The position numbers were made by a program, and so were the translations under genes. A DNA stretch of 46,250 nt, taken from NCBI GenBank assembly GCA_027451665.1, contig DAIDIW010000002.1:1-46250 (forward strand), written 5' to 3'. The notes under the pieces were generated by a model. The model saw only the letters and a list, made by a program, of their open reading frames with translations. It ran no database searches and had not been told where the DNA came from. Source of the DNA: Candidatus Kaiserbacteria bacterium. Its GTDB lineage: Bacteria; Patescibacteriota; Minisyncoccia; Phycocordibacterales; Phycocordibacteraceae. Of the stretch, positions 1-8,154 are shown in pieces. Position 1 is the first letter of the stretch. Each line of letters opens with the position of its first letter.

Positions 1-1
1 G

Positions 2-142
2 AACGGGAACCTGTCCGGTTCCGCTCCTGATACCGTTACCGGACAAACCACCTACACGATAACCTGCACCGGAGGCACCTCTGCGACCGCCGCGAGCGGG
101 AATGCGATTGTGAACGTGGTATCGAATTTCAAGGAATTCTAA
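2..142 (+). CDS. 3' end of a probable Ig-like/PKD-repeat surface protein (5'-truncated by the window)
   Basis: Frame 2 reads NGNLSGSAPDTVTGQTTYTITCTGGTSATAASGNAIVNVVSNFKEF* (TAA 140-142). The TTYTITC and V-x-V beta-strand pattern resembles the repeats of the 13238-16435 protein. Confidence 0.7.
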   Translation, partial: NGNLSGSAPDTVTGQTTYTITCTGGTSATAASGNAIVNVVSNFKEF

Positions 143-150
143 CTTACCCT

Positions 151-513
151 ATGTACACACGACTTACCGCTCTTCTTGCCCTCGTCCTCTTCTTAACGCC
201 TGTTGCAGCAGCAGCGCAGGCGACGAGCACCCATCCGGCCACCCCGCCGGCATATGAGACGAATCCTTCGAAATTGCCGCCGCCGCCGACAAAGTCACCG
301 TCTACGCATCTAACTGCTCCTAAGCCGCCTGCAGCCACACCCGTGAGCTCGACCACAACCGGCGTCCCGGGTACCGCGACCACCACCGCAGGCGCGACGG
401 GCCATACCGGCTTTCCAAACGTAACCTACGTGCTCATTGCGCTCGGCGTCATCGTTCTCGCAGGTCTTGCCGCGCTCGGTCTGCGGCATGGATCCTCGCA
501 GGAGACTCCGTAG
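151..513 (+). CDS. Small secreted Pro/Thr-rich membrane-anchored protein
   Basis: Signal peptide ([22 protein letters not shown]), P/T/S-rich stalk, [10 protein letters not shown]-terminal hydrophobic helix and RH tail. Confidence 0.8.
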   Translation: MYTRLTALLALVLFLTPVAAAAQATSTHPATPPAYETNPSKLPPPPTKSPSTHLTAPKPPAATPVSSTTTGVPGTATTTAGATGHTGFPNVTYVLIALGVIVLAGLAALGLRHGSSQETP

Positions 514-543
514 GAGGGCAGGATGGCGTCTCCGCCGTCCGCG

Positions 544-552
544 TGGTATGCT
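544..552 (+). promoter_or_regulatory. Extended -10 promoter of rpmE2 (TGGTATGCT)
   Basis: TGn+TATGCT ends 8 nt before ATG 561; no SD. Confidence 0.65.
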
Positions 553-560
553 CTCGCCGT

Positions 561-809
561 ATGAAGAAAGACATCCATCCGTCCGACTATCGTCCGGTCG
601 TGTTCGAGGATCTCGCCTCCGGCGCGCAGTTCCTCATCGGCTCTACTATCCGGACCACGGAGACGACGACGTTCGAAGGGAGGGAATATCCCAAGTTTGT
701 CGTGGAAATCTCCTCGAAGAGCCACCCGTTCTATACGGGCGAGGACCGCATGCTCGACAAGACGGGACGCGTGGAGCGTTTCAAGCAGCGCGCGGCGAAG
801 AAGAAGTAA
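561..809 (+). CDS. rpmE2: 50S ribosomal protein L31 type B (Zn-free)
   Basis: [17 protein letters not shown]...[13 protein letters not shown]...GRVERF; no CxxC. Start moved from 543 to ATG 561. Confidence 0.95.
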   Translation: MKKDIHPSDYRPVVFEDLASGAQFLIGSTIRTTETTTFEGREYPKFVVEISSKSHPFYTGEDRMLDKTGRVERFKQRAAKKK

Positions 810-817
810 GGACTCAG

Positions 818-908
818 AAAGTGCTCCGATTTTTCGGTACGCCGTATTTTTCTGCTGAAAAATCGGTTCGCTCTCGCGCTCCGAGAGCCCGAAAAATCGG
901 AGCATTTT
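818..908. repeat. 20-bp inverted repeat enclosing two hairpins (three-way junction)
   Basis: aaagtgctccgatttttcgg (818-837) pairs with ccgaaaaatcggagcatttt (889-908). Inner hairpins at 842-866 and 870-888. Confidence 0.8.
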
Positions 909-947
909 CTTCGTGAGGAGAATAGAGTGATAGAGTAGAGGAACCTG

Positions 948-1898
948 ATGGAATACTCGCCTGATTTCAAGAAGAATTTCTCCACCGCGTATCTCGCGGA
1001 GGAGTACGAGCGCCTTGAAGAGGAGGCGGCAGACGCGCATACCGCGGCGGGAGAGAATGCGGAGCTCCGGACGCTCGCTGAAGAGGATGAAAAGCGCATC
1101 CGCGCGCGTCAGGGGGACCTGCTCGCCGAGATCGCGCGTATCCTCGACAAAGAGAAGGAAGAGGCTGCGAAGCCGACTTCGGTGGTCATGGAATTCCGCG
1201 CGGGCGCGGGAGGCGACGAGGCGAATATTTTCGCACATGATCTCATGGAGATGTACCAGAAGTACGCGGAAGCGCGAGGCTGGAAGACGAGGCTTGTGGA
1301 TGATTCGACGCTCGAGGTCTCGGGCAGCGATGCCTACGATGCGCTGCGCTACGAGACCGGCGTCCACCGGGTGCAGCGCATACCGGCGACGGAGAAATCA
1401 GGGCGCATCCATACCTCGACTGCCTCGGTAGCGGTGCTGCCTATCCGGCCGAAGACCACTGTCGAGATCAACCCGGCGGATATCGTCATGGAATTCTCGC
1501 GTGCCGGCGGCGCCGGCGGTCAGAACGTGAACAAGGTGGAAACTGCTGTGCGGCTCATCCATACGCCGACCGGTCTCGAGGTGCGGAGCCAGGCCGAGCG
1601 CAGCCAGCAGGCGAACCGCGAGAAAGCGATGGCCATCCTCTCGGCGAAGCTCGAAGCGCTCCATGAGGAGGAAGAGGCGAAAAAGCATGCCGCTGAGCGG
1701 AAAGAGCAGATCGGCACGGGCGACCGCTCCGAGAAGATTCGTACCTACAATTTTCTCCAGGACCGCGTGACGGATCATCGTCTCAAAGAGACCTGGCACA
1801 ACCTGCCGAAGATTCTCTCAGGCGGGCTCGATCCCATTATGGACGCGCTTCAGGCGGCCACTGCCGGGGCCGGGATAGGCGCCGCGGAGGAAGCATGA
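948..1898 (+). CDS. prfA: Peptide chain release factor 1
   Basis: GAGGQNVNK (GGQ) and [10 protein letters not shown] (the RF1 PxT motif), plus [12 protein letters not shown]. Confidence 0.95.
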   Translation: MEYSPDFKKNFSTAYLAEEYERLEEEAADAHTAAGENAELRTLAEEDEKRIRARQGDLLAEIARILDKEKEEAAKPTSVVMEFRAGAGGDEANIFAHDLMEMYQKYAEARGWKTRLVDDSTLEVSGSDAYDALRYETGVHRVQRIPATEKSGRIHTSTASVAVLPIRPKTTVEINPADIVMEFSRAGGAGGQNVNKVETAVRLIHTPTGLEVRSQAERSQQANREKAMAILSAKLEALHEEEEAKKHAAERKEQIGTGDRSEKIRTYNFLQDRVTDHRLKETWHNLPKILSGGLDPIMDALQAATAGAGIGAAEEA

Positions 1899-1956
1899 AG
1901 AGAACGATTGCCCCTGGTTGCGATTTTGCATCTCCTGGGGTACAGTAGCCCCACAC

Positions 1957-2655
1957 ATGCAGGAAAACGCTACTTCGCAGGACGTCCAGCGCCTCTTCGA
2001 ATCGGGGGCGCATTTCGCGCAGGTCAAGAGCCGGCGCCACCCCTCGATGAAGGGATACCTCATCGGGATGAAGGGCCGTCAGGATATCATCGATCTCACA
2101 AAGACGGTGGCCGGTCTCGAGTCGGCGAAGCGCGTCCTCGCAACCCTCGCGAAGGACGGCCGGACCGTGCTCTTCGTGGGCGGCAAGACCGAGATCGCGG
2201 GGCTCGTTCGTGAGGCGGCGGAGAAGGCGGGCGCACCCTATGTCGCGACACGCTGGCTCGGGGGCACAATCTCGAATTGGCCGGAGATCAAGAAGCGTAT
2301 CGATCGTCTTGCGGATCTCACGGAGAAGAAGGCCGCCGGTACGCTTGCAAAGCAGCACACGAAGCTCGAGGTCGTGCGTCTCGAACGCGAAGCAGCACGT
2401 CTGTCAGAGCGTCTCGACGGTATCACGGACCTCTCGAAGCGCCCGGACGCGCTCCTTGTCGTCGACACGCGGCATGAGAAGCATGCGGTAAAGGAGGCGC
2501 GTGCGGCAGGCATCCCTGTGATTGCCATCATGTCGAGCGACTGCGATCTCTCCGACGCGGCCTACCCGGTCGTTGCGAACGACGCTTCGCGCGAGACGGT
2601 GCGCCTCATCCTCGGAGAGCTGGTAGACGCATATCAGAAAGGTCAGGCCGCCTAA
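1957..2655 (+). CDS. rpsB: 30S ribosomal protein S2
   Basis: LFESGAHFAQ, LFVGGK, RWLGGTISNW, IAIMSSDCD, ANDASR; lies upstream of tsf. Start moved to ATG 1957 (TACAGT -10 at 1941-1946). Confidence 0.95.
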   Translation: MQENATSQDVQRLFESGAHFAQVKSRRHPSMKGYLIGMKGRQDIIDLTKTVAGLESAKRVLATLAKDGRTVLFVGGKTEIAGLVREAAEKAGAPYVATRWLGGTISNWPEIKKRIDRLADLTEKKAAGTLAKQHTKLEVVRLEREAARLSERLDGITDLSKRPDALLVVDTRHEKHAVKEARAAGIPVIAIMSSDCDLSDAAYPVVANDASRETVRLILGELVDAYQKGQAA

Positions 2656-2707
2656 CGGCAAGGTCGACTTTTGACGCGACGCGGTCCTCGTCCGCGCCTG
2701 CTCACGA

Positions 2708-2736
2708 TTGAAAATTGAGCGCTTATTTGTGATACT
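2708..2736 (+). promoter_or_regulatory. sigma70-type promoter of tsf
   Basis: TTGAAA-17 nt-GATACT (with TG extension), 12 nt before the ATG. Confidence 0.55.
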
Positions 2737-2748
2737 AGAACCACTATC

Positions 2749-3330
2749 ATGGCGATCACGACAGAAACCATAAAGGGTCTGAGAGACAAGACGGGCGTTT
2801 CCATCATGCAGTGCAAGAAAGCGCTCGAAGAGGCGGGCGGCGACCTCGCTCAGGCCGAGGTCATCCTGAAGAAACGCTCTTCGGCAGCTGCCGAGAAGAA
2901 GGCTGACCGTGAGCTCGGCGCTGGATGGATCGGTACCTATACGCATGAGGGGACGATCGGCGCGCTCGCACAGCTCTCCTGCGAGACGGATTTCGTCGCG
3001 AAGAATCCTGAGTTTGCTGATCTTGCGCGCACAATCGCGATGCAGGTGGCTGCGACTGCGCCGAAGTACGTCTCGGCGGACCAGATCCCCGAGGATGCGA
3101 AATCGGCGGCGATCGCGGTGTTCGAGAAGGAGGTAGAGGGCAAGCCGGAGGATATGAAGCAGAAGATTCTCGACGGCAAGCTCGCGAGCTACTTTGAGGA
3201 CCAGGTACTCCTCGACCAGCCGTTCATAAGAGATGAGAACCGGAAGATCCGCGACCTCCTGAACGAAGCCACCCAGAAGTTCGGCGAACGTGTCGAGGTG
3301 ACCGCGTTCAGCCGCCTTTCCGCACGCTAG
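2749..3330 (+). CDS. tsf: Elongation factor Ts (short form)
   Basis: IKGLRDKTGVSIMQCKKALEE, LSCETDFVAKN, LLDQPFIRD; 193 aa. Confidence 0.95.
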   Translation: MAITTETIKGLRDKTGVSIMQCKKALEEAGGDLAQAEVILKKRSSAAAEKKADRELGAGWIGTYTHEGTIGALAQLSCETDFVAKNPEFADLARTIAMQVAATAPKYVSADQIPEDAKSAAIAVFEKEVEGKPEDMKQKILDGKLASYFEDQVLLDQPFIRDENRKIRDLLNEATQKFGERVEVTAFSRLSAR

Positions 3331-3331
3331 C

Positions 3332-3739
3332 ATGGGATATCTTATTGCCATCGCGAGCTCTCTCGTCCTCTTCACGGGCTTCCTCGCGCTCACGCGCTAT
3401 GAGACGGCGCACGGCGTACGATTCTTGAGCCGCAGCCGCGGGAAGCTCGACACGCGCGTCGACCGGGTCGAGTTCATCATGACGCATGTGGATCTTGCGG
3501 CATTCCTGCGCGAAGAGACGGAGCGCGCGTGGAAGCGCGCTGGTCACGACCTCGCACATCTCGTGCTCCAGGCGGTCCGGATTGTCGAGCGCGTGCTCAC
3601 TCGCGTCGTGCGCCATTTGCGCACACATGAGGAGTCGACCGTTCGCCCGACGCGCGCGGCATCGCGCGAATTCGTGCGCAAGCTCTCGGATTTCAAGAGC
3701 GAGCTCTCTGCTGCGCAGGCGGAGAGCGAGACGCCGTAA
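3332..3739 (+). CDS. Hypothetical membrane-anchored protein
   Basis: ATG 1 nt after the tsf stop; N-terminal TM followed by a helical charged region. Confidence 0.75.
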   Translation: MGYLIAIASSLVLFTGFLALTRYETAHGVRFLSRSRGKLDTRVDRVEFIMTHVDLAAFLREETERAWKRAGHDLAHLVLQAVRIVERVLTRVVRHLRTHEESTVRPTRAASREFVRKLSDFKSELSAAQAESETP

Positions 3740-3780
3740 GCACGGCGGCCTCCGTACCTCGTCTTGGCTGTCCCGCTAGA

Positions 3781-3854
3781 GCCGGAGTAGCTCAGTCGGT
3801 CAGAGCAGCTGTTTTGTAAACAGCAGGTCGTGAGTTCGAATCTCACCTCCGGCT
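3781..3854 (+). tRNA. tRNA-Thr(UGU), CCA not encoded
   Basis: Acceptor gccggag/ctccggc, D-arm agctcagtcggtcagagc, anticodon stem gctgt/acagc with loop ttTGTaa, T-loop gttcgaat, discriminator U. Confidence 0.95.
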
Positions 3855-3868
3855 CTAACGGGGTAGAA

Positions 3869-3898
3869 CGCGAAACCCGCCGGAAGGCGGGTTTCGCG
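3869..3898. terminator. Hairpin between convergent tRNA-Thr and the 3928-4599 gene
   Basis: cgcgaaacccgcc-ggaa-ggcgggtttcgcg, a perfect 13-bp stem. Confidence 0.7.
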
Positions 3899-3927
3899 CG
3901 TCGCGACGGGGGCGGCAAAGGCGAAGC

Positions 3928-4599
3928 TTAGCGCCGCGTGGTCGTGGCGGTCGAGGTAGCGAGCGCGCCCTTGGGGAAATCGCCCTCGAGATCAGCGAGC
4001 GAGGTAAAACCGTAGAAGTGCTTCCCGTTTATGATAAACGCAGGGAGCGCATCCTTCAGCTTCTCTACCTTTATGAGCGTCGTGAGGGCGCCGAGGTTCA
4101 GATTGTAGTCAAAGGAATACACGCGAAGCGCGGGGTAGGTATCGCGCAGGTAAGAGAGCGCATAGCCAGCCTTCGCACACTCAGCGCAATCGCCCGCGTT
4201 GCTGTAGAAATACAGGACCGTGATCGGCTTCGTGCCGCACGCGGCTGCGAGCTGCTTCGTAATGAGATAGTCGCGGATCTCAAGCAGGGAGTACTGCTCC
4301 TTCAGCCGTATGACTTCCGCGTTGTCACTGCCGAGCTGTCCTTCCGCATAGGCGAGCCGGTTCCCGAGGTCGGTGAGCTCGCCTGTAAGGTCGGTCGAGG
4401 AGGCCGTATCGCAGGGGGCGGTCTCGAGCAGCGAGAATTGGGTATCGAGCGACAGCGTATCGATCGAGAGCTGATCCTCGATAGCGGAGAGCTCGGCCAC
4501 GCGCTGCTGGTTCAGGTAGCTGATGGCGTAGGCGACGGTGCCCACGAGGACCACGGTTATACCGAGCGCGATGAGGCTGTTGCGAGTAACTATCGACAT
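3928..4599 (-). CDS. Membrane-anchored protein with C-terminal thioredoxin-like CxxC domain
   Basis: N-terminal TM, coiled coil, VLYFYSNAGDCAECAK...LRVYSFD, and a cis-Pro-like LPAFII. TAGAGT -10 lies 7 nt upstream. Confidence 0.8.
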   Translation of the reverse strand: MSIVTRNSLIALGITVVLVGTVAYAISYLNQQRVAELSAIEDQLSIDTLSLDTQFSLLETAPCDTASSTDLTGELTDLGNRLAYAEGQLGSDNAEVIRLKEQYSLLEIRDYLITKQLAAACGTKPITVLYFYSNAGDCAECAKAGYALSYLRDTYPALRVYSFDYNLNLGALTTLIKVEKLKDALPAFIINGKHFYGFTSLADLEGDFPKGALATSTATTTRR

Positions 4600-4626
4600 A
4601 GCTCGGACTCTAGCGTAGGAAGCGGC

Positions 4627-5868
4627 TTATTTCCAGCGGCGCTGCTTGCCGATCGCGACGTCTGCCGTGGCACGCAGGAGCCAGAGCGGAGCGACGAAGC
4701 CGTAGAGCAGGGTATAGGCGAGAAGGCCGACCGGGAGCGACTGCGGGGAGCGAGAAAGCCGTTTGCCCATGGCGATCATGATGAGCGAGGCAAACAGTGC
4801 GGTTATACCGAGGAAGATGTAGAGCGAAGAAGGCAGGTAGAACCAATCGAAATGAGGAAAGGAAGGCAGGAACGCATACCCGAGCGGGATCCCTTGGCGT
4901 ACCGAGATCATGAGGATGACCTGGGCGATCGACGTGTAGAGGAAGAGCGAGAAGAGTATGAGGCCGCTCGCGATCGCGAGCACCGCGATCGGAAGCACGA
5001 TAAGTCCGAGCGCGCCAAACGATGGATTGCCGACGAGATCGCGATACTCGTGCATCACGTTGCGCATGAACCCGGTCGTCCAACGGGTACGCTGCTTGAC
5101 GAGCTTGCCGACTGTGCGCGGGGCCTTCGTATAGACACGCGCGCGCGGCGCATTGTCTATCTCATAGCCAGCGCGCTGGATATGGAGCGCCATCTCCATG
5201 TCCTCCGTCTTATGTCCCTCGCGGAATCCCCCAAGCGCGACCACGACCGCGCGCCGGTAGAACGAGAACGGGCCGGGCGTCACATAGAGCCCGTTCACGG
5301 CCGCGAGCGCATGGCGCAGCGTCACGCCAAACGTGTACTCGGCGTTCTGCATGTGTTCGAGGAGATTCTTCGGTTCGTGCACGGTCATGGCAGCCGTCGT
5401 GGCCGCTACTTCAGGGCGGTCGAAACAGGGAACGATTTCCTTGAGCGCATCCGGTTCGACGAACGAGTCGGCATCGAGACAGCCAATGAGATCGGCATCT
5501 GTCTGCGCAATGCCCGCATTCAGTGCGGTGTGTTTCCCTCCGTTCTCCTTGCGGATCACTTTCACCTGCGGATGCGCGCGGTAGCGATCCATCGTCGCGG
5601 GCGTCGTATCCGTCGAGCCGTCATCGACAAGGATTACTTCGAGCCGGCCGGTAGGGTAGTCGAGCGCGAGGAGCGATTCCACCGTGCCGCCGATGGTCGA
5701 TTCCTCGTTATAGCAGGGTACGATGACCGCCACCTTCGGATAGTTACCGGAGGCAGGGGAGCGCTTCCGCGCGTCGCGCGCGGGTTTCGAGAGGAACGTG
5801 ACCAGGATGAACGATTCGAAGAAAATGGCCACGAACAGGAACGGGTAGGCGATCAGCCCCGGGCTCAT
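4627..5868 (-). CDS. Processive GT2 glycosyltransferase (IcaA/PgaC/hyaluronan-synthase-like)
   Basis: IVPCYNEE, VDDGSTD, GGKHTALN, LDADS, TEDME, KQRTRW (QxxRW), plus N- and C-terminal TMs. Confidence 0.92.
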   Translation of the reverse strand: MSPGLIAYPFLFVAIFFESFILVTFLSKPARDARKRSPASGNYPKVAVIVPCYNEESTIGGTVESLLALDYPTGRLEVILVDDGSTDTTPATMDRYRAHPQVKVIRKENGGKHTALNAGIAQTDADLIGCLDADSFVEPDALKEIVPCFDRPEVAATTAAMTVHEPKNLLEHMQNAEYTFGVTLRHALAAVNGLYVTPGPFSFYRRAVVVALGGFREGHKTEDMEMALHIQRAGYEIDNAPRARVYTKAPRTVGKLVKQRTRWTTGFMRNVMHEYRDLVGNPSFGALGLIVLPIAVLAIASGLILFSLFLYTSIAQVILMISVRQGIPLGYAFLPSFPHFDWFYLPSSLYIFLGITALFASLIMIAMGKRLSRSPQSLPVGLLAYTLLYGFVAPLWLLRATADVAIGKQRRWK

Positions 5869-5875
5869 GACTCCC

Positions 5876-5884
5876 AGAATAGCA
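5876..5884 (-). promoter_or_regulatory. Extended -10 promoter of the GT2 gene (TGCTATTCT)
   Basis: 7 nt before ATG 5868. Confidence 0.65.
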
Positions 5885-5916
5885 CCGTGGCGCCGGTATT
5901 TCTAGTGAAGGAAAAC

Positions 5917-7071
5917 CTAGCGGATCGTGGCGGCGAATGCCTCGGCGGTCGCGTGTTCGAGCCGCGTATGGAGCGCGTCGACCTCGGTGCTCGTGAGCGT
6001 GCGGTCGAGCGCGCGATAGGTGATACGGTAGGCGTAGCTCATCTTGTTCGGTCCGAACTTCGCGTCGTTCTCGTAGCGGTCGAGGAGCGCTACGTCCTCG
6101 ACAAGGTCGCCGCCGATTTCGCGCACGAGGTCGAAATAATCGTTCGGCACGAAGGTCTTCGGCACGACGAAGGAAATGTCACGCAAGGAGGGCGGATACT
6201 TCGAGACCTCGTGGTAGGTCTCTCCGAGCACGAGCTGCCGCTTCACACGCGCGTCGTCGCTCCAGAGGAGCCGGATATCCGGCAGCGCCATGCTCGCAAT
6301 CGCAAGCCGCTCGAGACCAAAGCCGAACGCCCAGCCGTGATAGCCCGTCACGCCCATTTTCTTCAGCACGCTCGTTTTTGGCATGCCGCCGCCCAATAGC
6401 TCGAGCCACTCGCCTTTGGCGGGTCCTTCTGCCGCCGTGCCCTTCACGTTCAACTCGAGCTCGAGCGAAGGATCGGTGTAGGGGAAGGTGTCCGGATTGA
6501 AACGGAATCCAACGGACTCGCCGAAGACGCTCCTCGCGATCTGCGCGAGCGTCCCCTTCAGGTCCTCGACGGTCACCGCTTCGGTATCCGGCGCGATATA
6601 CCAGCCGCCCAACTGATGGAAGACATTCATATGGCGGCTGTCGATCTCGTCCTTGCGGTATACCTTGCCGTAGCAGATCGCGCCCATGGATTCTCCTTTC
6701 GCAAGACGCTCCTTCACGCGCGGATCGGTGAGGTAGTAGTACCAGAAAACAGTGTCATGGGTTCGTAGGATGTTGTTTGCATCCACGTAGTAGGTATCGC
6801 TCTGCGAGCGCGCCGGATGGTCTGGCGGAAAGTCGAAGAGGTCGAACGATATGTCTGCCGGTACGATCTCAGGAATTTCGATGACGTCGAATCCGGCAAG
6901 CGTCGGCACCCGCTTTACCCGCTCGACGAGCTCGTGGAGCGGGCTGCCGGGCGTACGGGAGAGATCGGGCATCGCGAGGTAGCGACGTTCGCGGATGGCC
7001 TCGAAATCGCTACGCGCCTCGAGCTCCTTCCGAAGGTGCATTTCTTCGCTGCGGTCAATCTGTATCTCCAT
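5917..7071 (-). CDS. pheS: Single-chain phenylalanyl-tRNA synthetase: alpha catalytic domain fused to the FDX-ACB anticodon-binding domain
   Basis: HPARSQSDTYY, LRTHDT, GKVYRKDEIDSRHMNVFHQL, FPYTDPSLE, GWAFGFGLERLA, then SKYPPSLRDISF...SYAYRITYRALDRTLTSTEV. Start moved to ATG 7071 (384 aa). Confidence 0.92.
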   Translation of the reverse strand: MEIQIDRSEEMHLRKELEARSDFEAIRERRYLAMPDLSRTPGSPLHELVERVKRVPTLAGFDVIEIPEIVPADISFDLFDFPPDHPARSQSDTYYVDANNILRTHDTVFWYYYLTDPRVKERLAKGESMGAICYGKVYRKDEIDSRHMNVFHQLGGWYIAPDTEAVTVEDLKGTLAQIARSVFGESVGFRFNPDTFPYTDPSLELELNVKGTAAEGPAKGEWLELLGGGMPKTSVLKKMGVTGYHGWAFGFGLERLAIASMALPDIRLLWSDDARVKRQLVLGETYHEVSKYPPSLRDISFVVPKTFVPNDYFDLVREIGGDLVEDVALLDRYENDAKFGPNKMSYAYRITYRALDRTLTSTEVDALHTRLEHATAEAFAATIR

Positions 7072-7079
7072 GATGTCCG

Positions 7080-7112
7080 AGTGTAGCAGGCGCATCCGCG
7101 GTGCGCTACGAT
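7080..7112. promoter_or_regulatory. Back-to-back divergent promoters (pheS TGCTACACT on -, phosphatase TACGAT on +)
   Basis: -10 boxes at 7080-7085(-) and 7107-7112(+), 8 and 6 nt from their ATGs, in a 47-bp intergenic gap. Confidence 0.6.
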
Positions 7113-7118
7113 AGGCGC

Positions 7119-7751
7119 ATGGAGATTGTGAAGCACGTCTACCTCGTCCGGCACGGGGAGACGGATAGCAATGTCGACGGTATCTTTCGCGGACGTGACT
7201 CCGCACTTACCGAGCGCGGCAAGAAGCAGGCGCAGATCGTTGCGGAACGCATCAAGCATCTTGCTATCGAGGCGCTCGTATCGAGCACCTATCCGCGCGC
7301 GCTTGATACTGCAAGCGCGATCGCGGAAGCCACGGGCCTCATGGTGGAGCCGAGTGAGCTCTTCGTTGAGACGGGAGAAGCGAGCGTGCTCAGAGGAAAA
7401 CCGAAGGATCACCCGGAACGGATTGCAGCACTTGCTGCGATGGATGCGCAGAACCACCCTGACTACCGTCATTCCGACGAAGAGAATTTCCGAGAACTTT
7501 CCGAACGTGCGCAAGCGGCGCTCGACTTCCTGCGGAATCACGAGGCCGCATCATTGTGCGTCGTCACGCACGGCGCGTTCTTGAGAGTCCTCATGGGCTC
7601 AGTGCTCTTTAGGGATGACTTCTTGAGAAGCCAATTCGTGCAGATGCTCCGTCATTTTAAGACCGAGAACACGGGAGTGAGTCATATCTCTCATACGAAC
7701 GACAGGGGGTGGCAGCTCATAACGCTTAACGACGACGCGCATCTTCTTTAG
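7119..7751 (+). CDS. Histidine phosphatase family (phosphoglycerate mutase-like) protein
   Basis: YLVRHGET, SSTYPRALDTA, VTHGAFLR, NTGVS. Start moved to ATG 7119. Confidence 0.9.
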   Translation: MEIVKHVYLVRHGETDSNVDGIFRGRDSALTERGKKQAQIVAERIKHLAIEALVSSTYPRALDTASAIAEATGLMVEPSELFVETGEASVLRGKPKDHPERIAALAAMDAQNHPDYRHSDEENFRELSERAQAALDFLRNHEAASLCVVTHGAFLRVLMGSVLFRDDFLRSQFVQMLRHFKTENTGVSHISHTNDRGWQLITLNDDAHLL

Positions 7752-7753
7752 TC

Positions 7754-8104
7754 ATGGACTACGTCACGCTCTCACATCTGAAGATCATCGGGATCCACGG
7801 CCATCATGATCATGAACGCCACGTGGAGCAGGAGTTCGAGGTCTCTTTGCGGGTCGGATGCGATGTAGGCGCGGCAGGGAAGTCGGATTCGCTCCCGGAT
7901 ACGATCGATTTTGACTTCCTGCGCGGCTGCGTCGAGGAGGTATTCGCGCGGAAGAGCTATTATCTTGTCGAAGCATTGGCCGAGGACGTCGCCAAGGCGA
8001 TTTTTATGGACGACCGCGCGAAGGAAATCACCGTCTCTGTACAGAAAAAGGCCGTCTGGCCGGATGCCGTCCCCGGCATCGAGATTACCCGGAAACGCGC
8101 GTAA
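7754..8104 (+). CDS. folB: Dihydroneopterin aldolase family protein
   Basis: IGIHG..E...EQEFEVSL, DSLPDTIDF, LVEALAE, VSVQK; starts 2 nt after the phosphatase stop. Confidence 0.88.
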   Translation: MDYVTLSHLKIIGIHGHHDHERHVEQEFEVSLRVGCDVGAAGKSDSLPDTIDFDFLRGCVEEVFARKSYYLVEALAEDVAKAIFMDDRAKEITVSVQKKAVWPDAVPGIEITRKRA

Positions 8105-8118
8105 AATCGACCGCGCCG

Positions 8119-8127
8119 TGGTATACT
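8119..8127 (+). promoter_or_regulatory. Extended -10 promoter of gyrB (TGGTATACT)
   Basis: Near-consensus TGn-TATACT, 27 nt before the ATG. Confidence 0.65.
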
Positions 8128-8154
8128 AGGAATAACCGAAGCGCGGCTATTTTT

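Noticed and set aside
948-3330. Short RF1 (316 aa) and short EF-Ts (193 aa) as pseudogenes
   Set aside because: All catalytic motifs are intact and the frames are uninterrupted; short forms are consistent with a streamlined lineage.
3781-3930. tRNA-Thr as an island integration site
   Set aside because: No integrase nearby and no duplicated tRNA 3' end found; flanking genes are ordinary.
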